This document shows, piece after piece, positions 17,414 through 27,049 of a stretch of DNA of 27,049 bases; position 1 is the stretch's first letter; the number at the start of each line of letters is the position of its first letter. This DNA is from Oligoflexales bacterium (GTDB lineage: Bacteria; Bdellovibrionota_B; Oligoflexia; Oligoflexales; CAIYRB01): positions 1-27,049 of the forward strand of contig JBGSUI010000227.1 of assembly GCA_041736175.1 (NCBI GenBank), in the 5' to 3' direction. Below the pieces are notes generated by a model that had not been told where the DNA came from, did no database searches, and saw only the letters and a program-made list of their open reading frames with translations. Both the position numbers and the translations under genes were made by a program.

Positions 17414-19160
17414 AATCATTCTCCTTTATGAATTGATCACCACCACCGTGGCGGTGACTTGGACTCGGTAAAACTGAATCTGTCATGATCCCTTGAAAAT
17501 CAAGCTGGCGATCAACCCTAAAAAGGTCGGGTTTGGTATGGGACACCACGACGACTCCACATCCAGCTCTAGAGAGATGCAAAAACACGTTGCACATTGC
17601 AGCAACCGAAAAAGGATCGAGAGCTGCAAAGGGTTCGTCAAAAAAATAAAACGCCCGCTCAGCCAAAAGAGCACGGGCCACGATCAAACGGTATTTTTGG
17701 CCTTCGCTTAGGTTGCCACCTTGATCTCTGAGTTCGTAATCGAGCCCACCGACCTCCGCAGCAAACCCCGCTAAATGAACCAGGGTTAACACCTCCCACA
17801 GACGCTCCTCTGGGACCGAAGGTTTGCCCATAAGGAGATTGGAGCGGAGAGTGCCTTCGAAAAGACAGGGGCGCTGTTCGATATAAAGGGACCACTCCGT
17901 GGGAAGGAGCCAGAGACCATGATCATGGCTCGCAAGATTTCTGACATTGGACTGGCTGGCGAGGATGCCCCCCTGAAAGGGCCGGAGGCCCGCGAGCATT
18001 TCCATTAAAGTCGTCTTGCCGGATCCCGAAGGTCCATGGATCAACAGGATTTCCTGACGCTTTATTTTAAGGTCAAACTTTGCGGTCAAAGGCTCCATAC
18101 CACGGTGCCTGACATGGATATTTTTAAGCGCAATCTCCTGGGGAGCGCTCTCCCCAAGACCCACCCGATGGGGAAGGTCGGTCGGCTGATACAAAAAATC
18201 ACTTACCCTCCCCCCTTGGACTAAAAAACCGTTCCAGCTATAGACGATTCCTAACAGGGACAAGGCCGAAGAATAAAAAAGTCCGATATAAAAGGGATAC
18301 AGAAGGGCATCACCGACGGTCATAGGACCAGCGGCCACCTTCCAGGCGACGTATGACAGGGCTAGGGTGGTGAGACATCCAGTCATCAGCCCGTTGCTGC
18401 CGCCGACAAGACTGGTCACGGTGCTCAGACGAAAGCCCTGATGGACGATCGTGGCAAGGTTTTGTTCAAAGCGGCGTTTGACATAGGGCTCAGCTCCCAA
18501 GGAGCGGATCGTCATCAGCCCCTCGTAGTTTTCTAGGAGGAGCTGGAGGATCCCACCGTGGAGGGATCTAAGCTTTTCCATGGCGGGACGCAGCCGTTTT
18601 TGCGCTAGCACATTTGCATAGGCGAGCACCCCTGCGGACAGGAGCAACACCACCGCCAGCTTGCCACCCGTGGCGATAAACGTGGCCGTCACGCCGACAA
18701 AGACCAAAACGGTCTTGATATGATCTGGCAAAGTCACAGCAATAAACCGTTCGACACCGTTAAGGTCCTGGGTCATACGGGTCAGAAATTCACCCCTTTG
18801 GCCTTGGTCTATAGCATCGAGGGGCATGGTATGGAGTTTGTCTAAAACCTGTCGCCGCAGGATCGACTCGGTCCGTAAAAACATCGACTCTTGAAAAAGG
18901 TCCCATCCAAAATGGGTGAAAAACAGCACCAGAGCCACTACCATCCCAAAGGTTCCAAAGGTCACCAGGAAATCCTGGGCGCTCGCCTCGGAGAGGGTTT
19001 TTGTTTGGGAGATATTGTCTGCAAAATAGCCCAACACCCGGGGTGGTAAGAGTTCTACCGCAGCAGCCAGGGCAGCGATCACAAGATAAAGACCATAACG
19101 GAGTCCATGGGTCGCAATAACGGACTGCAGAAGTCTTGTGACTGGATTTTTATTCAACAT
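17382..19160 (-). CDS. ABC exporter, fused TMD-NBD, without a C39 peptidase domain
   Basis: Walker A GPSGSGKTT, signature LSEGQ, Walker B/D-loop FFDEPFAALD, H-loop VSH and an N-terminal ABC membrane domain. The likely start is ATG 19160 (MLNKNP...); the longer ORF runs through the divergent promoter region. Confidence 0.88.
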   Translation of the reverse strand: MLNKNPVTRLLQSVIATHGLRYGLYLVIAALAAAVELLPPRVLGYFADNISQTKTLSEASAQDFLVTFGTFGMVVALVLFFTHFGWDLFQESMFLRTESILRRQVLDKLHTMPLDAIDQGQRGEFLTRMTQDLNGVERFIAVTLPDHIKTVLVFVGVTATFIATGGKLAVVLLLSAGVLAYANVLAQKRLRPAMEKLRSLHGGILQLLLENYEGLMTIRSLGAEPYVKRRFEQNLATIVHQGFRLSTVTSLVGGSNGLMTGCLTTLALSYVAWKVAAGPMTVGDALLYPFYIGLFYSSALSLLGIVYSWNGFLVQGGRVSDFLYQPTDLPHRVGLGESAPQEIALKNIHVRHRGMEPLTAKFDLKIKRQEILLIHGPSGSGKTTLMEMLAGLRPFQGGILASQSNVRNLASHDHGLWLLPTEWSLYIEQRPCLFEGTLRSNLLMGKPSVPEERLWEVLTLVHLAGFAAEVGGLDYELRDQGGNLSEGQKYRLIVARALLAERAFYFFDEPFAALDPFSVAAMCNVFLHLSRAGCGVVVVSHTKPDLFRVDRQLDFQGIMTDSVLPSPSHRHGGGDQFIKENDYGTRNETKEC

Positions 19161-19386
19161 CTCTCTTTGCTCCGTGCACCTGTAGGACGTTGGATAGGTT
19201 GTACGCTGAAAAGTTGTTTTTATCAATTGCGCAAAAATGGCGTACCCAAGCGGTATATTTTTGGAGTTGCGGTATACTTTTGTGACCATTTTTTTTGGGT
19301 CACTGAGAAATCCTTGGACCCCCAAAAAACAGGGAATTAAGGTTGATCCGGCATTTCTCAAACCATAAAAGGAATAATGGCTGGTT

Positions 19387-19402
19387 TGGCATGTCCCTTG
19401 CA
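19387..19402 (+). promoter_or_regulatory. Sigma-54 promoter for the Fis-HTH gene
   Basis: TGGCATGTCCCTTGCA is close to consensus TGGCACG-N4-TTGCA. Confidence 0.75.
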
Positions 19403-19455
19403 TTTTGTCTAAAGAACCCATTGATGCTGATCTCCCAGCGATTAGGAAACCGGTG

Positions 19456-19686
19456 ATGAACCTCTTGACGGAAACTCATAACAGCGAATCCACCCACAAA
19501 AAAAGCCCAGACTCAAAAACCCACATAAATCTATCTTTGGACTCAGGCCTGTCCTTGGCAGAAGTGGAGCGCATCGTCATCCTTGAGACACTGAGACTGC
19601 AAAACAATAATCGAACTCAGGCTGCCCGGGTGCTGGGGATTGGGATACGGACCCTCCAGCGCAAGCTGAAAATCTATGGTTCCTGA
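19456..19686 (+). CDS. Stand-alone Fis-type (HTH_8) DNA-binding protein, 76 aa
   Basis: SLAEVERIVILETL...NRTQAARVLGIGIRTLQRKLK matches the C-terminal HTH of NtrC-family proteins, with no AAA+ domain. AGGA precedes ATG 19456. Confidence 0.8.
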   Translation: MNLLTETHNSESTHKKSPDSKTHINLSLDSGLSLAEVERIVILETLRLQNNNRTQAARVLGIGIRTLQRKLKIYGS

Positions 19687-19820
19687 AGTTCCATTTTTAA
19701 AAGATTAAGCACATATAAATATTAATATATTTATATTTTTTATAAAGATTCTCCCCATTAAGACGAATCGTGCTGCGGTAGGCTTAGGAGCGTGGTTTTG
19801 TAAAAATAGGAGTATCTAAA

Positions 19821-20933
19821 ATGTCCGAAGAGACTCAACAACCCAATCAACGGGAAAAATCTTTTTTATTTTCGTGGTCCATCGCTTTGGGAATCCTCTT
19901 TGTCGGAATCACGATTTATGGCGTATCAAACGTCAAGCAGCTGCGTGACGATGCTGCAAACCGACATGCAGCTCGGCTCGATCCCAATGGGGTCGAACCC
20001 GGTAAAACTGCTGCTGAGACCAATCGGCCTGCCACGGCAAAACCAAAACTTGTTAAAACCGGAATCTACTTAGAAGGTATCAGCAGCATTTCTATACCCG
20101 ATGCAAAGTGGGGCGCTACCTTTTATATTTGGTTTCGCTGGACCGATCCTGATATCAACCCCGGGGAAAGCTTTAGGATTGTCGAAGGGAAGATCGACTC
20201 CAAAGAAAAGATCGCAGAAAAAACCATAGGCAACGAAAAGTACGCCCTTTATAGTGTGACGGCAGAAATCACCAAGTTTTTTAATACCTCCCGCTACCCC
20301 CTTGATGACCACCTGATCACCCTTGCGATCGAAGATGCGGCATTAACCTGGGAAGAGCTTGAATTTGTGCCAGACACCGAAAACTCAGGGATCAGTTCCC
20401 GTGTCAAAATGCCTGGCTACAAAGCGACCAAGTCGGCGCTAGTCACCAAGCCCCATACCTACAAATCCCAGTTTGGTGACCCCAATGCTGCCGTGGGCAG
20501 TCGCAAGACCTATTCGCAGCTCCTCTACGGTGTGGTTTGTGTACGAAATGGTTTTGGACCCTATTGGAAGGTTTTTCTCGGGCTCTTTGCGGCGATTTTT
20601 ATTGCTTTGTTACCTCTCTTTATCAAGCCCACCGAGTGTGATCCACGGTTTGGTCTGGGGGTCGGCGGGTTTTTTGGTGCAGTAGCTAACGCTCTGCTGG
20701 TTGCGGATGTGGTCACCGACAATGGGGTGCTAACTCTCCTCGACATCATCAACGGCACTGGGATCGCCTTAATCTTTTTGTCCCTGGTGCAATCGACTAT
20801 TTCCCTCTATATTTACGATACTCTAGATCGGCCTCATTTTTCGAAACTTTTTGATCGAGTGTCGTTTATCATCTTTACCCTGGCGTTTTTGGTGATCAAT
20901 ATTTCCGTACCGCTCTTTGCTATGGGCCATTAG
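19821..20933 (+). CDS. Prokaryotic pentameric ligand-gated ion channel (pLGIC)-like protein
   Basis: GIYLEGISSIS...ATFYIWFRWTD, Pro-loop YPLDDH and four C-terminal TM helices, plus an extra N-terminal hydrophobic helix. RBS AGGAG. Confidence 0.7.
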   Translation: MSEETQQPNQREKSFLFSWSIALGILFVGITIYGVSNVKQLRDDAANRHAARLDPNGVEPGKTAAETNRPATAKPKLVKTGIYLEGISSISIPDAKWGATFYIWFRWTDPDINPGESFRIVEGKIDSKEKIAEKTIGNEKYALYSVTAEITKFFNTSRYPLDDHLITLAIEDAALTWEELEFVPDTENSGISSRVKMPGYKATKSALVTKPHTYKSQFGDPNAAVGSRKTYSQLLYGVVCVRNGFGPYWKVFLGLFAAIFIALLPLFIKPTECDPRFGLGVGGFFGAVANALLVADVVTDNGVLTLLDIINGTGIALIFLSLVQSTISLYIYDTLDRPHFSKLFDRVSFIIFTLAFLVINISVPLFAMGH

Positions 20934-21255
20934 GAAGTGGTAAACGTTCCTCAATCAAGGCATAGGAGGGGCGCCCACTAGCCTCCCCTACAGAAACTAC
21001 TATCTATATTTTTAAATATTTAGACGATGAAGCGGTCCACTATACAGTGGTTCGTTTTAAGTGCACTTAGTGTCTAAAAAAAAGACAGTGTATGGAAGTT
21101 CTGTCGATTTTTTGGTCATTATCCTTTCCTCCCAATTTCTAGCATCAGCCCTCTCATCTAAACAAAACTTTAGCAATCCTTGTTTGTCGTGAAAACTCGC
21201 AAACTTTAGGGCTTCTATTTTACAGGCTCTCGATTGTTTATTTTAAGTTGGTTTT

Positions 21256-21271
21256 AGGCCTAAGAGTTGCA
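21256..21271 (+). promoter_or_regulatory. Sigma-54 promoter candidate
   Basis: AGGCCTAAGAGTTGCA (GG-N10-GC), flanked by the inverted repeat AGTTGGTT/AACCAACT. Confidence 0.4.
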
Positions 21272-21320
21272 ACCAACTACTTAAAGTAAAGTTTAGATTT
21301 TTCGGTATCAGGAGGAAATC

Positions 21321-22649
21321 ATGCTGAAGACGAATCTTAGAAAACTGTATGTAGCTACGACGCTCCTAACATCTCCGGTCTACGCCAACGAAGTGGGGAA
21401 TGATGCCCAACACTTTAACCCAACCCCAGGTCGTAACGACTTTGTGACTGTACACAGCGCGTCGACCTTACCCCAAAGTCGATTTAATCTGGGGCTCTAT
21501 CTCAACCATGGCATCAATACCTTACCCTATGAAAATCCTGATAGCCAAAACCGCATCAAGATCAATGACGCCGTCACCGGACTGGACCTGCTTGCTGCCG
21601 TCGGCGTCCATGACCGGTTAGAACTCGGAGTAGCTGTCCCCTTTGTGGTCTACCAAAAAGTAAGAGAAGACGACACAAGAGGCGAATTTGCCAAAAAAGG
21701 CAATACTGAAGTGCGCCCGGTCATCAAATGGGCTTTCTACCGGGGCGACCTTTCGAGTCTGGCGATGATCACCTCCGTCAACATCAACCGGTTGGTCGAC
21801 GATCCTTCTACCGGCGGGACCCGAGGTCCCACCCTAAACCTTGAGTTTGCATATTCAATCAATCTAGACCCCGTGATCCTTGGGGCAAATATCGGCTATC
21901 GCCGCCGCAATCCAGGCCAGCGCATCGAGGGGAGCCTTATTGAGCCAACCTCGGACCGCATACTCGGATCCGCCGCAGCCCGCATCAATCTCACCTCAAA
22001 ATGGGCGTTGATCGGGGAAGTCTTTGGCTCCCATCCATCCAACTCTTTAGACAACGAAACCAACCGTAAGATATCTTCGACCGAAGCTCTGGGTGGCCTC
22101 CGTTATAAGATAAACGACGCCCTAAATTTCGACTCTGGAGTAGGCACAGAAATCAACAACGGTCTCTCCACCCCTGACTGGCGGGTTTATGGGGGATTGA
22201 TTGCTGAGTTTGGTCCAAAACAAAAACCAGATCTCCCTGAGAAAAAAGTCAAACAAGACAACGGACCTGGAGTCGAAGAGATTCCTGAAGGCCCACCCGA
22301 TGCTGTGTTTGTGTTCAATAACATTAATTTTGAGTTTGACTCGGATTTTAGGGTACTCCCTGGTGCCTTGAGCGAATTGGAAAAACTACGCAACCACCTG
22401 GCAGAACATCCCTACAAAACCATCGTGGTCGAAGGTCACACCGATTTCAAAGGGACCGTTGAATACAACGACGATCTCAGCTTGCGCCGCTCTCGTACTG
22501 TCCGGCGGCATATGATCAAACATTTTACGCTAGATTCCCAAAAAGTCATTGCCGTGGGCTACGGAGAACGCCGACCGGCCACCCAAGATTGGTCTGATTC
22601 TGGACGGCAGATCAACCGGCGCGTCGAAGTCAAAATCTATTACCCATAA
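21321..22649 (+). CDS. OmpA-family protein (N-terminal beta-barrel plus C-terminal peptidoglycan-binding domain)
   Basis: Signal peptide, INFEFDS, VEGHTD..G..EYNDDLSLRRS, GYGE..P and NRRVEV. RBS AGGAGG. Confidence 0.88.
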   Translation: MLKTNLRKLYVATTLLTSPVYANEVGNDAQHFNPTPGRNDFVTVHSASTLPQSRFNLGLYLNHGINTLPYENPDSQNRIKINDAVTGLDLLAAVGVHDRLELGVAVPFVVYQKVREDDTRGEFAKKGNTEVRPVIKWAFYRGDLSSLAMITSVNINRLVDDPSTGGTRGPTLNLEFAYSINLDPVILGANIGYRRRNPGQRIEGSLIEPTSDRILGSAAARINLTSKWALIGEVFGSHPSNSLDNETNRKISSTEALGGLRYKINDALNFDSGVGTEINNGLSTPDWRVYGGLIAEFGPKQKPDLPEKKVKQDNGPGVEEIPEGPPDAVFVFNNINFEFDSDFRVLPGALSELEKLRNHLAEHPYKTIVVEGHTDFKGTVEYNDDLSLRRSRTVRRHMIKHFTLDSQKVIAVGYGERRPATQDWSDSGRQINRRVEVKIYYP

Positions 22650-22678
22650 AAAAACCATTTTTGCACGGAGTTTTCACT

Positions 22679-23875
<1,197 letters not shown>

Positions 23876-23922
23876 TCAGATTAAGATTTGTAAAGGTTCT
23901 CCCCTTGATGTATGGATTCGAT

Positions 23923-23951
23923 AAAAGTGAGCGGCAACGCTCACTTTTTTT
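23923..23951 (+). terminator. Intrinsic terminator (possibly bidirectional)
   Basis: AAAAGTGAGCG-GCAA-CGCTCACTTTTTTT: a perfect stem, a GNRA loop and a T tract. Confidence 0.9.
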
Positions 23952-24011
23952 CTTTGAAATCCGTAAGCTAACTGGGAGGGCAGCAGATTTGCTGGAAGGC
24001 CTTCGAAATAG

Positions 24012-24435
24012 AATCTAAGGACACGACACCTGGATGACTCAAATATAATTGTGGTTCTCAATGAATCGCTACCAAAAGACCTGAATATTTTAAAAGAATA
24101 TGGATCCGTCTTGGATCTATAAGCCAGAAAACATTGTTTTTGAGGCTCCCTTCTTAAGCACAAGCACAAATGACAAACTTCGATTCGCGGAATCGGACGC
24201 CAACGAGTCAAAAAATGTACTACGTTACACAATAAGCTCAAAAAACGGTATCGCCATAAAGCAGTTTTCCACATTGCCAAATGAAGATGAAGTCTTGTTT
24301 GCCCCTGGTTCAGTCTTTCGCGTTCTATCTTTCAGTGAAGGACGTGAGGTCATCACGATCGACTCTAAAAAGAACAAAGTGGTTAACGTCGAAGTTTTAT
24401 ATATCGGTCTGGAAGAAATCGATCATAAGCCGTAG
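24012..24435 (+). pseudogene. Remnant of an R-S-E-type ADP-ribosyltransferase toxin domain
   Basis: FLSTS and NEDEVLF motifs are present, but the upstream catalytic Arg strand is missing. An upstream frame ending in SVLDL would join YKPENIV through a 1-nt shift near 24118. Confidence 0.6.
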
Positions 24436-24488
24436 GCCTATAGTGGTCAACGGGCTCCATGGAGTCATTTGAAAGATCGCTAATAGAC

Positions 24489-24713
24489 TCATGCTGCATA
24501 CCTCAGAATCTCAACCTCCGCTCCAGCCGCGACTGCTGCATTAGCACGGTGCATCATTTTTTGTGAAACCTCCACTGACAGAAAGTATTCACCGCAGTTT
24601 GAGCAAACCTGAGCCGGAACTTCTTTAAAAACCACTACAGTCGAACCGCGATTAAGGGTGGCGGTCACTTTTCCTGGCTCTGTTGTTCCATGTTTACAAA
24701 TAACGCAAATCAT
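24489..24713 (-). CDS. YgiT-type zinc finger protein (MqsA-like antitoxin)
   Basis: MICVICKHG...VPAQVCSNCGEYF, with an ATGA overlap with the upstream gene. Confidence 0.85.
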   Translation of the reverse strand: MICVICKHGTTEPGKVTATLNRGSTVVVFKEVPAQVCSNCGEYFLSVEVSQKMMHRANAAVAAGAEVEILRYAA

Positions 24714-25003
24714 TTCGGTCTCCTAGTTCTGCAGTCCGATTCCCAAAGAATAGGGTTTGGTTCGTAAGTCGTAACCACAACGCACCCACCACTCTCGATT
24801 TCCCGAGCTGCAACGACATGCAACCAGCGGTTTCCAGACATTCCAAGTAGCAAAAGACTTGGGTACGGTTTGTCGTCTGCATAATCCTCTATGACCTCGC
24901 CATCTTGCAAAATGGTCGTCACCTCTGGGACGCTGATATTTCGAGCAAACATCTGCTCCAAGGCATGCCTACTAAAAGTTATCGAGGAACACTTCAATCC
25001 CAT
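24710..25003 (-). CDS. DUF4258-family putative toxin
   Basis: FSRHALEQM..RNI...GEVIEDY.DDKPYPS.L.LG....LHVV...VTTYEP...W. Paired with the YgiT zinc finger gene. Confidence 0.85.
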   Translation of the reverse strand: MGLKCSSITFSRHALEQMFARNISVPEVTTILQDGEVIEDYADDKPYPSLLLLGMSGNRWLHVVAAREIESGGCVVVTTYEPNPILWESDCRTRRPK

Positions 25004-25171
25004 TCACCCCAAAGCTTGAGAAAATCCCTGCGCCCTGAGGCTCATTATAGCTTACAAACACCGTAAGACATTCTAAAAAATTTCCACTTTCCTTAGGCGA
25101 CGATTTTTCGTAAGAAGGGTCAGCGAATCTTAGCAGGGGAACCTGCCGCAAGCTCCACCGCACGGAGCGGC

Positions 25172-25541
25172 ATGATGCACCCTAACATAGAAAGCCACCC
25201 CTTGGACGCTGCACCCCCTACAAGCCCTACCCCTCACCCTACCCCTTCTCTTTGTTTTGAAGTCTGGGACCGAGACTCCCGCTACCTCAAGCTCCGTAAG
25301 GCGATCACAAAAGCCGTGGCGAGCTACCAGCTGATCGAAGCCCATGACAAGATCATGGTGGGGGTTTCCGGGGGCAAGGACTCCGCCGTGCAAGACCTAC
25401 TGCGGGCTCTGCTCCCGGTTGAGGCGAGGGATCCTTTATAACTACGCCATCACCCATGGGTTTACCAAGATCGCCCTCGGCCACCACCGGGACGATATCA
25501 ACGTCACCCTCCTGCTGAATGCCTTCCCTAACGGCAGCTGA
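25172..25541 (+). pseudogene. ttcA: tRNA 2-thiocytidine synthase remnant
   Basis: PP-loop [11 protein letters not shown] in one frame is fused near 25390 to [16 protein letters not shown]...[10 protein letters not shown] in another frame. The internal segment and the C-terminal half are missing. Confidence 0.85.
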
Positions 25542-25756
25542 AGTCGCTGGTAGTAAATTCTAATGGGGCACCCTAAAGTATAGGTATATAGAAATCCACG
25601 CCACATGTAACCGGCTAATACTAAATAATAATACACGATATTTCTATTTATACTCAAGTTATAATTGTTTATTCCGAGAGTGTTTATGTATACACCATTG
25701 AGGTTGAAACAAAACAGATATTAACCAATGAAGCATCAATCATCCTGGAGTCTAAA

Positions 25757-27049
25757 GTGACAACAATCATCAAGAAACAAAGCCTACAGAGATGGACCGG
25801 TCCAGAATCCAAGATCACATCGCTATCCAGTCTAGGGGTTGTCTTGGTGCTTTATGTCACTCTGATGCTCCCCACCTCTCAAGCTTTAGCCTTAGAAATC
25901 TCCTATTCAGGAAGGCTCAGTGAAGAAAGCGGCACGTCTATCGCGGGTCCCCAAGACTTTACCGTTAGGTTTTATAACACCCAACAAAACGGCGACGTCG
26001 TGGGACCAACCCTTAAACTTGCAAATACCGAACTCAGAGACGGAGTATTCCAGCTCAGCCTTAATTTGGACAATAGCCAATTAACAGCCATCTTTGGGGA
26101 CGGGACAAAAGCCGCCTATGTGGAAGTCGAGGCTGGAGGCAAAGTCTATCCTCGCCAGCAAATCATCGCCGTGCCGCTAGCCTTAAGGGTCCCGGTGGAT
26201 ACCAATTACCTTAACTACGCCGATGGCAAATTAAAGATCGAATCGGTAGACCTAAACCAAGTCAATGGACTTAGTGCAGCACTCGCCGCCAAAGCCGATG
26301 CCACTACGGTGTCAAGCACCAGCGTCGCCACCAAAAACCTCTCTGATTTGACCAATGCCCCGGCAGCCAGAACCAATCTCGGTCTAGGCTCACTTGCCAC
26401 AGCAAGCACCATTAGCAACGCCGAGATCAGCACTACCGCAGCCATTTCTGACACTAAACTGGCCACGATCTCTACCGCAGGCAAAGTCTTAGGCTCTGCC
26501 ATTACCTCAGGAACCATCGGCGGAACGACCGCCTTTCAAAGCTCAGGTGATATCACCACGTCTGGTATCATGAGTGCTGGGACCGTGACCACAGCTCAAC
26601 AAAATGGAGTCTTGATTAATCCCTTTAACACCGCTTCCGGCAATACGGGCGAGCTTCGTTTCAGCGAGCTTATCTCAGGCGGTACCAACTACGTGGGCTT
26701 TAAAGCTCCAGATATTCTCGCTGCCAATAAGATTTGGACCCTTCCAGCAGCCGACGGCACTAACGGCCAGATCCTTAAGACCGATGGCTCTGGCAACCTA
26801 GACTGGATCAATGTCGGTGGCACAGGCACCGTCACCAGTGTCAACCTCACCGCCCCCGCTGCAGGCATCGCCGTCAGCGGGGGTCCTGTCACGGGGTCAG
26901 GATCCATTACTCTGGCTTTAGGGGACGACCTAGCTGCCGTCGAAGCCATCGCCACCACCGGTGGCGTCGAGCGAACCGGGGCAAACACATGGTCGACCTA
27001 TACTCTTTCTGCCGCCGGTAAAGCTCTGATCGACGATCCGGACGCCACG
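25757..27049 (+). CDS. Secreted phage-tail-fibre-like adhesin (Bdellovibrio MAT-like), 3'-partial
   Basis: Not in the ORF track because it runs off the window. GGAG-N6-GTG start, signal ending QALA, N-domain ISYSGRL...GVFQL...PRQQIIAVPLA and fibre repeat NYVGFKAP...WTLPAADGTNGQILKTDGSGNLDW. Confidence 0.8.
   Translation, partial: MTTIIKKQSLQRWTGPESKITSLSSLGVVLVLYVTLMLPTSQALALEISYSGRLSEESGTSIAGPQDFTVRFYNTQQNGDVVGPTLKLANTELRDGVFQLSLNLDNSQLTAIFGDGTKAAYVEVEAGGKVYPRQQIIAVPLALRVPVDTNYLNYADGKLKIESVDLNQVNGLSAALAAKADATTVSSTSVATKNLSDLTNAPAARTNLGLGSLATASTISNAEISTTAAISDTKLATISTAGKVLGSAITSGTIGGTTAFQSSGDITTSGIMSAGTVTTAQQNGVLINPFNTASGNTGELRFSELISGGTNYVGFKAPDILAANKIWTLPAADGTNGQILKTDGSGNLDWINVGGTGTVTSVNLTAPAAGIAVSGGPVTGSGSITLALGDDLAAVEAIATTGGVERTGANTWSTYTLSAAGKALIDDPDAT

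Noticed and set aside
17134..17431. Ala-rich ORFs 17134-17388(-) and 17210-17431(+)
   Set aside because: These are shadow frames of the precursor repeat. Repeat variation is synonymous in the Cys frame, which also has a well-spaced AAAGGAG RBS.
19161..19421. 87-aa N-terminal extension of the ABC ORF as a peptidase domain
   Set aside because: No C39 motif; it spans the divergent promoter region and overlaps the sigma-54 site.
26215..26988. Two minus-strand ORFs near the window end
   Set aside because: They are antisense shadows of the plus-strand fibre gene.

Overview
This 27 kb window looks like an accessory region of a Gram-negative genome, probably Bdellovibrionota/Oligoflexia. That assignment is an inference from the fibre-type adhesin, the many secreted lipoprotein hydrolases and the repeated sigma-54 promoters. 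The main system is a compact minus-strand RiPP-like operon at 15463-19160: a peptidase-less ABC exporter, a 69-aa precursor, a terminator-like hairpin, a DUF692/MNIO iron oxidase and its likely partner protein. The precursor has a 25-aa leader and a core of eight CxxPS pentapeptides plus CRHG (9 Cys, 12 Arg, no signal peptide). A stand-alone Fis-type HTH gene with a consensus sigma-54 promoter is divergent from the operon. The rest of the window holds a partial HNH gene, HEPN/MNT and DUF4258/YgiT toxin-antitoxin pairs, a glycosyltransferase-MFS-SGNH operon, a hipA remnant with three surviving operator palindromes, a possible orphan IS200/IS605 right end, a trypsin-like lipoprotein, two paralogous small-peptide + metzincin lipoprotein units, a pentameric ligand-gated channel-like gene, an OmpA/PKD pair, ADP-ribosyltransferase and ttcA remnants, and the 5' part of a fibre adhesin gene missing from the ORF track. 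All calls come from motif recognition by eye; no database searches were run.
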